In this document: in pieces, positions 11,201 to 25,610 of the stretch
Layout of the letters: the number at the start of each line of letters is the position of its first letter
How positions within the stretch are numbered: position 1 is the stretch's first letter
NCBI RefSeq assembly: GCF_964204645.1
Contig: NC_134029.1
Location: 2,604,001-2,668,000 of the forward strand
Origin: Tubulanus polymorphus
Taxonomy: Eukaryota > Animalia > Nemertea
Direction of reading: 5' to 3'
DNA: 64,000 bases
Made by a program: the position numbers and the translations under genes
The notes under the pieces: generated by a model
Seen by the model: only the letters and a program-made list of their open reading frames with translations
Database searches by the model: none
Told to the model about the DNA's origin: nothing

Positions 11201-13256
11201 GCAACAGTTGGTCCTTACTAATGAAAACCTTAAATAGACCCGTAGTTCCTAGTTTTATTTCGTATTGTTAAAGACAAACATGGCAAGGCTCTCCGATTCT
11301 AGCTAGCTGTCAATCATCCGGTTTTTGTGAATCCTGTGCTTGTGAGAAAAATGATTCCACGCTGTTGGACGCCTGTGATTTTTATTCATCGAATATTTAA
11401 AGGATCCACGAAATTGTCGTTACATTTACTGAGTCAGTGAAAATCCATTCATGACCGCGCCATAATTTATTAACGACCGGAAATTTCGAAATTTCTTGGA
11501 AACGATTTTGACCCGAAAAACTACCTTCCTCGCAAAAGGGGTTCGAAAATTCGAAATTTCGCTGCTGATTTCTGTCATTCGTATGAATTCGTAAAAAGTT
11601 TCAGTGTAGTTTATTGAAAGCAGAACTTGATTTTCCAAATGAGTAATTAATACACGCGTTTGACATTCCTATTTTGATATTCAGGATTTTGTAAATTATA
11701 GTGGAATTAAGGGCATGGATGGACCAGCTAATCATAGCATTAAGCACGAAAAATTATTCAAAATCAGACATCATTTCATACTGAAATTGAATATTTATGG
11801 AAACACATAATGTAATAAAAATGTTGCTGTATAAAATGAAAAATAAATGTTAGGATTTTGAAATACGGAAACGTTTAGTTCCACAGTAAACTCGGCAGCT
11901 GTTCATATTGGATTTGTATAATGAAGCTTCTAACATTTAAAACGCAAACAATAATTGTTATTTTATACAGTTGAAAGTGTAGCTGATGACGCCGGGCGTA
12001 AATTATTCTGATGTTTTCACGACCGATTAAACTTTTGCACTCAATATGAAATTGTTTCTGTTCTACGACAACACGCCGTCTGGAGGGATGTCTCAAGCGC
12101 GTGAATATTGTTAACGTTATAGGCTTGACTATCAAACTATGTAAACTATGTTTAACTATGTGAAATTGGGGTTTTGCATAGTTTAATAGTCAGAATCATG
12201 CTATTTATAAAAAAAACTCACTGCCTCCACAACGAATTTAACAGCGAAATATGTCACCATGAATTTTCAAATTTCTTAATTATGGGTATAAATCATCACT
12301 CATTGCGTTTCATTGCAATTATTCTAGACTCGGGGTTCTACTTGTATTTCAGCAACTTTTCTTACTCCAACTCACATGAGATCATCCCTGTGGTTTTTTC
12401 AGATTTCTTAGTGAAAGAATTTGATTATAGACTTGAACATATTATGAACAAGTGATTTTAAAACGGTGGAAATCTGACATTTGTTTTTTTTAAACTGAAC
12501 GACACCTTTGAACTTAGTCGCACAAAGTACATCAGTGATTTTATTGTACCAAAACCTTGTCGACATTATTGAATTGGTCTCGAAAATCCTCTTGCTCGGG
12601 TTTACCATAATCTTCAACTCAAAAGGTGATTACATGTAGAAATCTCGGGTATATCCACTATTATAAGCCTATTACTGTCACTAATTAATCTGTTTGAAGG
12701 GCTGTATTTGTGGCTGACAGCAAAAGTTTCCATAAATAGTTGCTTAAACCCGCGTTAATGACATGGACTATTGATTCGGGTCGGTTTTTTGATGTACAAA
12801 CGGCTCAAACTACAGAGGCGGCTTATGCCGGTTTGTCTTTACGCGAGCCATGTTTTTCTAAAGGTGATGGAAAGCGAGGAAATTAGTCGAAATACCGTTT
12901 TCTCAACAAAGGTAATGTTCAAATGTCTGATAATGAAAGGCGTAGAACTGCTCGATGGACACTGCGTCAATTTAAGTCGTGGATCAGTTTTCTATTACAG
13001 CAGTGGAGGATTTTCTGATACATATCTGCGATAAAACAAAACACATTATTCACGATTATATGGATATGAATCCCAAAGTTAGAAAAGAACAATAAAAATA
13101 CATTTCCAGAACATATTCGAGGGAGTTAATTGGGTACCGGTACGAAATGACGTCGCTATCCAACAGGACATCCTGGATCTATATTTATACGTATGCAAAA
13201 CAAAGTTGCAGTATAGTAATCCAAAGAAGCAAAATAAAGATAAAATGATCTGAACT

Positions 13257-13327
13257 CAGTTCCACAGTTATTGGCAAATACTTGTCTATAAATTTTTGAA
13301 AAATGAACTAGTTCAACTGTGGAACTG
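13257..13327. mobile_element. Short MITE-like element
   Basis: Perfect 13-bp terminal inverted repeats CAGTTCCACAGTT / AACTGTGGAACTG with internal AAAATGAACTA. Related pieces occur near 10115-10135, 11878, 29402-29757, 36490 and 61594. Confidence 0.65.
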
Positions 13328-14424
13328 AACAAAATCAAATCACTGTAACATGAAATAAACAAGATCTGCATATGAATTATACGTCTCTCAAAAATAACAG
13401 AGCTCCTGAGCAGAACCTGACAGTTCAGTGGTTCAGTGATTGTTACGCAGTTTTAACGGCGCCATGAACATCATTTTCCTTTTGTTCGGAATATTGACTT
13501 ACCTCAGAAATGACACGTCGTAATTGGAAAAGAATTGCGAAAAAATTATAGTGCATTAAAGAGCACAGACTCGACCTGAGACAGAGAGGGCCTTTATTAA
13601 ATCAGCAGAGTTTACTGTGTTCAAGCTGTGTCCACACCTGGTTCTACTGAATCATGGGCTCACTCTCGAATTAGCAGCAAATATACAGGGCTTGTTATAA
13701 ATCGATCTTAGATATGTGTTTATCGACGTTGACATTTCACATCATTTTATGTACGCGATTAAAGTTTATACATACATTTCAAAACTACATTATACCTATC
13801 AGATGGTTCACTGCTAGAAACACGGGTTCTACTGCCATAACGTGAACCTCTCCGATATATACGTGCCATTTTCCAAAGTTGTCATTGTCAGGGCAAATTC
13901 AGAAATTGGGAATCCAGTGCCTTGAGATTTTTTTGTAAGTCTAGCCCTCAAGGTTCGCGATGACCCCTCATCCGACAAACAATACGTGATGTAATATTCC
14001 GAATTGTAAAATTGACTAAATACTCGAATGCAGTTAAATGAATTATCATTGTAATTATTATCGAATTAAACATATACGGTAAGATTTAATTTCGTGTAAT
14101 TCAGAATAACTTTAAGTTATTAAAACACAAAATATATAATAAAGGTGAAATCTGGTAGTTGAAGAAATTTCAAATTTCAAATAGTTTATTGAGACCAACC
14201 ACAACGTAACAGCCATCATTCCACCAACAATTTCACTTTCATTGTTCGAATAATTTGGTTATGGACAAATTACTTGTAAATTTGTTGAAATAACGAATCA
14301 TATTTCTGATGCTCCGATATGTCTACACAAATACGTCTGATTTCAACCGATTCAAATAAAGATCGAATCAAATAACTGAAGGCATCTTATTTTCAAAACC
14401 AATAACAATTATAATTGCTGCGAC

Positions 14425-14495
14425 GAGACAGAAAGAGAGAGAGAGAGATAGAGAGGGAGAGAGGGAGAGAGGGAGAGAGAGAGAGAGAGAGAGAG
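14425..14495. repeat. (GA)n microsatellite, imperfect
   Basis: Direct reading. Confidence 0.97.
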
Positions 14496-16085
14496 CCGGG
14501 TTATTGATGAACAATCGAAATGAAAAAATAAGAAGCGTCACCCGATAATTATTGTTGGTTTGTAATTAAACATTTTTCTATCATCATCATCGACTGAACA
14601 CAATGGAAGATCGAACAATTTTTCTCAGCAGTTCAGAGATAATTAGCTACGATTCGAACCGACAACGAGCAATGTAATATAATTACTGTCACAACAAAAA
14701 ATTCCATACCGTCGACGATAATTAATTTTCGTAGAAAGTGTGTGTTCTTTCGACGTGTGAAATATCAATAAAATTCCTTATTCTATTTGTGGTTGATATG
14801 GATTGTTTTTTGGTGCGATAATAATTGAGTAAGAACCAGAGATCGATGAGCGTCTAGAACACACATAAAAATATTAATAATAATAATGATCATAATAATC
14901 GATTGAAAAATCGATCTTAGATTACCTAAGAAATAGATTTAAATTTGACCACAATATATCAGATATATATCTAGATAATTCATTAATGATAATAAACAAT
15001 TTCGATCGATTTAAAATTATTATTTTGAAAATTAAGAATAATAATGTATTGCTTTTTAGTTGGTATTGTATTTAGTGTTTGGGTGGTCGTCACCCCCTGT
15101 AACAAGAGTATCTTACCCACTGGGTTGAACCTGCCCGGTAACCCTGTCTCGCGATAGAAAAAAACACCTTGTTTCGTAAGTTGACTTGCCGTGCGTTTAT
15201 CAAGGGTGGTCTTCCGACATAAATGCAACAAATATATGAAAAAAAAGTCTTCGTAAATAGTGCTATTTCATGTAGAAATATTTCGTAAAATGTCCTGCGT
15301 TGGTTTAACTCAAAACTATTGGCCAGAATTCAGAAAAAAATAATCGCATTCATGGTTTTACATTAAAAGTGCAAAATCTTGTAAAGGTACACGTGAAATG
15401 AATCATTAGCGTGAATAAAAGGCGATTATTTGAAGAAGTACTCTTACTCTCCGGTGAGAAGAGAGAAAGAGAGGGATTTCAAAAAGTGGATACCTGACAC
15501 GGACGTCGTCTGTAGCCGGATTGTATGTATATGCATAGAAAGCGGATTGTTGAATAAGGACACAGAGATGCTTTAGATCACTAGAGAAACAACTCAACTC
15601 AGGTTCGACCAGTACTTTCCATTTGTTCGTCCATGTGAACGAGGTATTTGTTTGTCCCAGAGAATTGTGGTCAGTATGTTTCAGTGTTCTTTGCGCAGAA
15701 ATAGCCTGTCAACTTGCACTTTCAGGTTGTTATATGAAACCAATTCGATGCCAGTCGAGTCTAAGGTCATTTGGTACTACTTCAACCAAGCGATAATCGC
15801 CATATTTGCTTGCAAATCACAGTCTACGATAACGACCATTTTGGTCAGTTTTTGTGGTCAATGAGTTGCGGTTTACAAAACAGAGAAAGTTAGATATGTC
15901 AGTGATATATGTGTACCTGAAAAAAATCCGTGGGACTTTCAAATGTGTTTTGATCATTCGTAGATTCTGTAACAGCGCAATTGCGTAATCGATTTTAGAG
16001 GAAATTGGTAAAAGAATTGTGTATTTTAACACGCAGTGTCATGACTTTAAATGAAATATGCTGTTAGCGGATGGCGTTTGACCCG

Positions 16086-16110
16086 CGCCGCCGCCGCTGC
16101 CACCGCCGCC
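16086..16110. repeat. Short imperfect (CCG)n repeat
   Basis: cgccgccgccgctgccaccgccgcc. Confidence 0.8.
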
Positions 16111-19100
16111 TGCTTGGTCTAATTATTCAAAATATAGAAAACTTACGTAACGCAAAGAGCCCATTAAAATCGTTGTTTAATCCGTTTACTGCGACATCTG
16201 TTTTGAGGTGGATTATCGAGAAGAATTTCTCACATATGTGAGACGACGTGTTGGTCACAGGGCGGTCTGGACAGACTGTCACACGCTTCACACCTGCAGC
16301 TAATATCTCTGAATATCTAGTGATATTTCAACACGCGTTCAGCCCATCATCGCTTCGGCGGGTCGGAGTGCCCTATTTAATTGGCGCACCAGGGACCATT
16401 TTAGCCACCCACCTCGTATATAGTTTTCACACCTTTAACAAAATTTTTATTTTCACCCGGCAGATAATGTCATCCAGTGAACAATGCGCCTAACGGGCTC
16501 CATCGAGCAATCAAATCAATATGAGCAAAAAACATCAGATATTTATTACCGATTAAAGCTTTTTTCATAAAACGCCAACAAAACATACAATTGATATATC
16601 ACTTCTGATGATGGAAATTAGAGGCAAAATCCTGAAAATGTTTAAAAAAAACTGTAGATTTTTTATCTACCAAATTTAGGAAAACATCAGTCTACGATCA
16701 TATTTGAATCCATTTCATTGAATTCTTTTTAACAATTCTTTTGAACGAATTCAAGACTTCTTAAAATCCCTTTTCGGTTTGGTTCGTCTATATCGACAGC
16801 TGTGGAGAGCAGCAAAGTGTCGGAAAAACATTCTGCCAATATAACGTTAGTCAGTTTTTTCTTTCTAGGACGGGGTGTAATATTGACAATCAATAGGAGG
16901 GAACAGGGAGCAAAAAGCAAACATTGGACACGCGAAGTGATGTCCGCAGATTATATTGATAAGAGGAGAAGGTATACCTCTTGGTGTTGGTGGGCTATGA
17001 TAAGTCGATCTAGCACGCGATTTATAAGGATTGTCCTCTTCCAGTAAGTTACTAAGCTCGCAGCATGACTGACCTTCGCGTCACGTAAAATTATGACACA
17101 CGATGCAAACGATTTCGATTATTCAAAGTTTACAAGAGACAAGAAAAGACAAGACAAGCGAAACGAATAAATGAGTAAGGTTATTTGCCTTTGCAGTGGC
17201 ATCAGGAAGCAATTCTGTATATATCAATAATCAATTGGTAACAGGCCCGATATTTTTACATATATGATAATGGCATCATATACTGTGTATTGCTTCACAC
17301 ACATCTGACAACTTAACTTATATTTCTGCACAAACGAGTGAAGCCTAAGTAGGAAGCGAGCCCCAACACAATCCAAATATTGTTTTTCGAGTTTTCTCTC
17401 TGTATATCAGTCAGCCGTTTATGAATAATGTACAAATATATACATAGATATTGATATTGGGGGTTACTTAGTGCGTTCGTCACTGAAGTCGTCGTTTGGT
17501 ACTTGAAGGCGTGGCTAGGGTCATTATAATACATCGTCACTTCTCGATATCTTCGTTCACAGTATACGTTATCTTTTCGATCTATTGTTATTCAAAATGT
17601 TCTAAAAAATATCTCAAAATCTTTTCATCTTTGCCGCTTTCTATTTGACGATGAATAGGATATATAGATAGGTGTTTCTCCTTTTTTAGAAATACGAAAT
17701 ACTTTTCAAGGCGTTGCAATCATGTAAGAATTCAAACACGGACAATACGTGACATCGGTTTCAATTTAAGTTTGTACTTAAATTTATGTGGATCTTTAGA
17801 GGGTCAGATACTTCAGGGGACACTGACACCAACAGCTGCAGGTACTAAATACTTTCTCGTTGCTCATTTGAATAAATGTTTATTCAACAATTCAATATTT
17901 CCAATTATCTTTTTCAATTACAATCTGAAATGATGCATATATTCAACATCGTGCTGTTGTACAAAAACCACTGCAGGATAGAATATAATTTATTTCGCTG
18001 TAGAACAAAAGTGAAATACGTATAAACGGGCATCAGACAAATATTATGTAAATATAAAAGTTGATTAGGAATACACCTGTTTGTTTAAATACAACGTCAT
18101 ATTTCACTATAAACCGTTGTACGACGTTGTAAAGTATCACATTGTATGACATTGTATTTTGTGTACTGTAGTATCTGTGATGGTTTCATATGTTACCGAG
18201 ATGTGTTTATTATGCGTGTCATGTATGTTAAAAGATCAGCAAAGCTAAATCCGATCCAGGCATATACTTTATTGCGAGTCACGGATTTAGCATATATTTA
18301 TCAAAATAGTATATATAGTTCGTCACATGTGTCGTTTAGCATCCATTAATTGACTCAGTTCAGGCTATTTGTGTCAGTTGGATCTTTCTACATTGAATTT
18401 TAAACGATGGTTTTGAATCGGCTTATTTCGGTGGCTTCTGAACTGCTGTATCAACTCAGAAATTGGTTCGTCGTCGTACTTCAACCGAATTTGATTAAGC
18501 TAAAAAGTAGCCTTAGGCAAGCAAGTTGATACCATCTGTCCGGAGAAGATCGGCTCCTCGAAATAACACGTTTTATGAAGGGCGAAGATAAGATTTAGAA
18601 TCAGTCATGAATTTGATAGAGTTAGAGTTAACATTGAGATGAGATTAGTGTCACGCAATTCAGTACCTGGTTCACAGTTAAGTTTCGAAGATTTTGATAA
18701 ATTGAGAATGAACCGATATGACTCTACAGAGCGGAACTGACACCTATGTTAAAAACAAGTCAAACTAGATCGTTTTGTAACTATTTCAAGCTTGTTTGAA
18801 TATGTTTCTCTGGTTACGAATACTCCATTCAAAACAAACAGAAGCGGTTTAATTATCAGTTTGTTACGCGACAAAGTTTTAGAAATTGGCAACAATTTAC
18901 AAGTGGATTTAGTTCACATTATTATGAGACATTAACGCGACCGTGTTTGTTTGGCAACCGACCCTAAAACGCATTCACGACATTATAGGGGTCGCTGTGA
19001 GTGCCACGTACCGAATCAACCCGTTCTGAACACGATGTCTGTGTGTAAACAATTTACATTCTATTTGTTTTCGGTGGATTGAAGAAAATGAAGTCGGACG

Positions 19101-22100
19101 ATCGAATTTCAATGATGTTAATTGTCCCTTGATACAATATGAGAAAAACCGCTATGAAAACTATCGATTGAAAAACAATTATGTATAACGGATACAACGG
19201 GTGCAATATCATTCTCTCAAATTTAAAAATACTTTCGTAACTGTTCTAGTTGAAATTCTAATTTATTTGCCCAGCCAGTGTTTGAATACCACACGGCAAC
19301 AATGTATTACAGCCAAGTTATCTAAACACTGGTCAATATCCAATAGCAAGTTGGAAACTGCTGATCGACTTTCACTTTTGCCGTGTAAACGTATGGATGA
19401 GTTAGAATGAAGTATGGTATGGAATAGTCCTGGGAGGTTATGCGCAATGTGGAAACAGATTTTTGGTTGCGGCTGTTATATGTGCACGGTGGGAATAAAT
19501 TCGACAGTAACAACAGTTTCTCTAACGATTATTTGTAATCATTGTCTAAAACACTATCCAGAACACAGGAACAACATCGCCAAAACCCAGTAAACCCATT
19601 AACTCCTGACTCGTTGTAGAATCGAATAAATAGATCCCATTCTTTCATAAATGGCGCAAAACACGGATATCTGTAACTTGATACTCACAGGCCAGACGAA
19701 CAGAAAATCTCGTGTTTTCAGTGGCGGAAACAATTCCACATTTATTTCGATTCGCGTGAAATAATCAAATCATAGTTGCTTATAGAATCAGGCATTGGAA
19801 TCGAGCAAGCGGAATACGAATTATCGATATATTCTGAATATCAGATTGATAGTGGTTTTTGTTAAAATATGAATTAATCTTGTTCGGCCTGTCGATAATG
19901 AATGAATTCCCTGGTTCTAATCATCTGATTGAGTATACATAACAAAACGTGGTCGAAATTCTGTCAGTTTTGTGAGAATTCGCAGTTTGAAAACCATTAA
20001 TTGTGTCGCTATTAGTAACTGCTCAGAAGTGCCATCTGTAGTAGTCATGTAATTAACCAATTAATATTTCTTTTGTCCTCCTAAGTTACCGGAGAATCCC
20101 CTTTTAAAGAAGTGTCCATCTTCTTATAATGTGAAGAATTATTTTTATTTCTTAGACAACTTATCAACAGTAAATCATTAGTAGAAAAAATGCCGCAAAT
20201 GTATGGAAATATTTGTCACCAACACCAGGTGCGCGCAAGTGCGTGTTATTAGTAATTAAGATGATTAGATAGCGGCTTCTGGAGACAATCATCTTAAATC
20301 AACGTTCATTTATTCGAGCGTTCACTTCTCATAACGTGTAATTTGCGGTGAAAAATTGCCGCAGAAGCAAAAGAAAAGTAGACGCATTAAAACTAACCGA
20401 GTGCTCATTAAATTTCCCACGACCAAAAACCCACCGAAAATGTACTCCTTATTGCTCCAAACAAAATTCATCCGAAATATTTTATCCGTTGATGTTTTCT
20501 TAGTTTGTTTTTATGATAGGTGCAAAAATATTGTCCAATTGCCAATACAAAGGCTGCATAAAGTTGCCACCCGCTGAGAGCTCCCACATCCTCGCTGGTA
20601 TCAAAAGATTAGTTTCTGTCAGTCCTTTGTTTCGCGATGCACGAATTCAACCGATATCTATCTATTTTATTACTTTTCGTATTTTCTAGTGAAATGTATG
20701 ATAACATGTTGATTTTACAGAAATATTGTTGAGTAAAATGTCCACTTTTTTCTTTACATGAAAAACGGACACGGGAAATAAGCAAACATGTTATTGCTTG
20801 AGTTTAGTGAGATTTCGTTATCGAAATCTGACATATTGCGGCAGATTACAGGAGCGCTTATGGCAAATATTACCAACAATGATTAATCGGATGACTAGAA
20901 GCCATAGGGCGACGAGGAGGCTTTCAATGAGTTACAATCCTGATTTCTACTCACGCACGCGTCAAAGCGATGACTTCACCGAGAGATTGCGGTCATCGCG
21001 GCAAATCAAGCGAACTCGGCCGCTTGTCACACGTAGGCGGCGTTAAAACAGTACCGCTTTCTGCGCCGATGCTGTTTTAAAGCCGTCAAAAATCGACGGC
21101 GCTAACTCGCCGGGTAAATCTGGCGATAATTTTATTTTCTCTCCATTATCATCAAATGAAGTGTAACACAAGCTTTTATCAAACAATAAAAACTTGGCTT
21201 GTTTAGTTTTGTAACTGCAGGCGCTGCTCGCTCTCTCTCTCTCTATCGCTCCGCGTGGAGAAAATTCTTCAATGATCAAATACCTAATGGAACGTTCTAT
21301 CAAGACGGCGGGTGAACCTTCATGTTTTCGACGCATTTCGTCTAAACAAGTAATTCAATTATGAAGTAAATGGATGTAAAAGTTCAGAAACCATGAAATA
21401 ATATTTGGCGGAATAGCGCGCGTATCACATCCAGTAAAATACATTAGCGTTGATGTGTCGGTGTATGATATTGTCTATGACGGTAGACAGCGAGCCAAGT
21501 GGGCATCAGAGAGGTTACAGAAACTTCAACATGTCTTCATTGTGACAAATTAGATCGCGGAAAACCTTTCAAATTGTTACCTATTATCGAAAATGGATTT
21601 GCTGCCGCGTGGAAGCGACGTCGGTACTTAACATCGCGACCAACCAACACAAACCGACTTGATACCTCATTACTCGAGTTTGCGTATATTGGACGGGTTG
21701 CCGGTAATCAGAACGGACCTCGGGTTAAAAGCTGCTCATTTTCTTTGCGATGACGAAAAAACTTTGTTACGCGAACAAAAAACGGTTTTTCGATCGTCCC
21801 CAAATTTGAGTCTAACGAGCGAATTAGAAGGTCGTGTGTGTTGGATTTTGACTAGAATAAGCACTAGAGTAGCAGTCAGACTTGATATGTAGATATTATA
21901 GGCCTATTTGCCCAATCCAAATTTTTCAACACTGTGGCCTGGGGCCCGTTTTATAGAACGATTTCGAATTTCAAATGAGACGTAAATCGTTTTAGAAGGG
22001 TTTACTTATTGCTAATTCATATCTAAATGCGCATACATATACACAGATAGATCTGCCGCTAAAATCACGGGTAAATTCTGTGACATACGACATGTTTATG

Positions 22101-24002
22101 GTTGGTTTACATTTGTTCAATATAACCAAATTATGAGCTATTATGAGGCTAATGTTTTGAAGTCCATATGGTTATAAAACGTAGACCTATCGTGAAGTTA
22201 ATCAGGCAGAAGAGACTATTATCACGGCCATTTAACGCCTTTACGCGTTATTTCAATGCTTCCTTCACCTGGGATGAAAACAGAACTCGTGGCTGCTCGA
22301 CATGGGTTATCGAAAGCTTTCAAGCCGCCACAGCTGGACGAATTATAAAAAGAACAGCATCGCCCTTATACACTGAGATCTAATCTTCACATTGGAACAA
22401 AAATAATTAACTAAACTTCTTTAAGAGAAAAGACACGTGAACTGGGGGCCGGGAGTATTGTGTTTGACATCAGAAAATGATCTTTGTTAAGGGTTGTTTT
22501 TTCGTCGAGAATGGAGCTATCTTTTCACTTCCTAATCTTACGGAAGACTATCGCGACTAAATACGTAATTTAGCGACGATTTGTCGTGCGGCTGACGCAG
22601 CGCGCACCGGTAACCATAGCTTTCTATCAGAAGTAATATTTCATTAGCGATCGATCTGAGAAATCTAAATACTTCATCACTGTATACGAGATTGGAAGTT
22701 GAGAAGCGATTTACCAACATTGCCTGCGCTTCCGTGCAGTTCCATTCTACGACTGCGCGCACGACCGTAGGCTAATAGTTACAAATTACTATCTATCAGA
22801 AAACGGTATGACAAATAATGAGCACCCTTGCAGCCCCAATCATCGGTTATTACTAGAGAGTTTTCTTATCGTTCGTATAAACAGATGATGCAGAGTTTGA
22901 GCCACTGCCATGATAAATATTTTGCGGACAAATCAAGTAATTAATGATGGCGGCAATAGGCCCGATAGGAGTGTCCATTTCTGATACCTCGCTTACAAAC
23001 ACCCGGCTTTCCTAATATTTTTTTAGAACACTCTTGTTAGAAACTGCCGATCATCTGAATCAATGTGACTAGGCTGAGTCTATTGTGCGTGTTCAAAACT
23101 CGTTGAAAAATCAAACGTATAGCAAAATGTATAAAGGGATTGTATTAATAATACGTATCAATTCACAGAGTATTGGATAAAAAGTTTTTTTTTGAAAAAG
23201 CTTTCGCAGCTGAGCGCCATTGAACGAGTGGTTTAAGTATGCAGGTGGAAACATACACTGGGTGTGAATCGAGATGTGGAAAATAGTGAAACGAAAAATG
23301 AAAAAGTGAACATTACAATACAAACACAACGGCGTCTGGTCATGTAACTATTGTATATACATATATATCATATGCGATTATAAAAATTTTTTCCAATCTT
23401 TCACACATGCTTCAATGCAATTTCTGTACGTGTTATACAATATATGGTAGATTCATCGAACTCATAGAAAGAGGCAATCTTCACTAGTTCGAATCGAATC
23501 AAAAAAGACTCTTTGGTGACAATCTTTTACATCGGTACATAACTAGTGAAGAAATCGGTGGTTCATTTGGGCTTCCGAGGTTTCTGTTGTCTTTTAGAGA
23601 CGTAGCGGTATGTACGTAGGCCTTCCTTAAAAATTAAATACGTATCGCAAAAACAAGTTTCATCAATAGATAAATAATATGCGGAGCGTATTTCACCGAA
23701 CTTAAAGTTTAATTTGTCATGATAACAGAACAATACTCATAAAAATATAATGAGATGTTAAGTAGTTCTGCTCGACGTAGGCACCTGGTCTATAGGGATA
23801 GATGAGAGATCAGATGTGTTATGTGCAGGCCACATTATACTACGATTATGCTAGGTTGTGAGCTATGGAAAATAAGCGTTCACAATGTATATACAAATAA
23901 AATAAGCTTGAATTATGGGGATTTAAAATAATAATGTTTTATGGCAAGATCACGTTTATTAAAATATTTTTGTTTTTCGCCACGTGTGTCTAGGTAATGC
24001 AT

Positions 24003-24132
<130 letters not shown>

Positions 24133-25597
24133 CTAATAATAGTATATATATATATACACATACTAATAAGATATCGCTAAAACCGTCTGAATAACATTAA
24201 TAAGTAAACTCGAGTAAAACTAATTCTCCAAGGCGAGAAAATGAACACATAGTGATGACCACTTATCTGTGAGGCATATATAATTACATATTGTGCAACT
24301 ATGGCCGTACTGCTAGGGGGCGTTTCAATGGTGCTCAACTCGATACGGCCACCTGTGAGTTAGAATATATGTATGTAGTTATTTCCTCGAGTGTTAATGC
24401 GATGACACTTGGTGCACTGTTTCTCCGCGCCAATTATTATTCGTATTAGCGGTAATAGAGTGTCAAGTACGTGTCCACTGAGTGGTCAATGAGTGGTCAA
24501 GCTGATAACAATAATGGCCAATACCCGTGCGAAATATTTTGACCATCTACAACATTTGATATCTATTGTCGCGAGCGATCGACAAATGAGAAAAATTAAT
24601 TCAAATTTATTCCGTATATCCTCGATAAGTGATTGTTCTGTTTTGATCGACGGAAAATATTAGAACGACACAAAATTCGCATTTGATAATCAACGACATT
24701 ATCAACAACGAGAAAGGCGGACAGGGGCGATTGTTACTGTAATTATCGTCAAGTTTTTTTTTTTACCGCAGTCAGAAAACGAGCGACGTGTTTCTTTCTC
24801 TTTTGTACCGCTCGTATCTAATCATTAATCTTTGTCGATCACGTCAGAGTCGATTGCTTCCTTAATAATAACAACCCTTCGCTAGCTATCTTTTATGGAA
24901 CCCAAATTACAATCTATCCAGCGCAAAATGAATGGAGGCAATTTAGAAATGACGAGGTTAAGAAAACATTTTCTCCGAGATTGACTCAAACTGTGGTTCG
25001 CCGTGTGACAAAATGGCGGCTGCGTGTATCTGGCGCAACATCAGTCACTAGCCGCAGGCTGTTTCTATCCGCGTGATCGTCAGCCTTTTACAGGGCCCAT
25101 TATCTGGCGTACACTCAAGAAAACTCGCTAAAAGCCCGCGCCTACAAACATTTCGATTTTTCTCGGATGTCGGTAATGCGTATGCGCTTCGAACCCCGTA
25201 AGGATTAATGACTGAGCGCTGTAATCATATCTCAGGGAAATGTAGCAAATTAACGCTAAGTAAAATTACACATTTTATTAGAACCAGCTACAAAAGATTG
25301 CCTTTATCTCATGTATAATCTAATATAAGCAGCGTGTATAGCCCCTCTAGAGGACTTTGATGACTAGGTATGAACACCCTTTGAGGTTTATCAATTGCCT
25401 TTTCTTATTAAGGAAGATTACACAGTTGCAACTAATCAGATTATTACATCTCAAAGAACAAACGGTATTCGGAGGTAAATTGTATTAGTCTACGACGCGA
25501 TGGTTGTTTCCCAGACGGCAGGTAACTCTTATTTAACCAAAACATTTACCTCTTGTTGCTACACCGTCAATAATATCACTCTGAAACACGACACCGT

Positions 25598-25610
25598 CGC
25601 TAGATGGCGC
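25598..25610 (+). promoter_or_regulatory. CTCF-like motif, forward orientation
   Basis: CGCTAGATGGCGC matches the CTCF core CCNCNAGRKGGCR apart from the 5' base. Motif match only. Confidence 0.4.
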
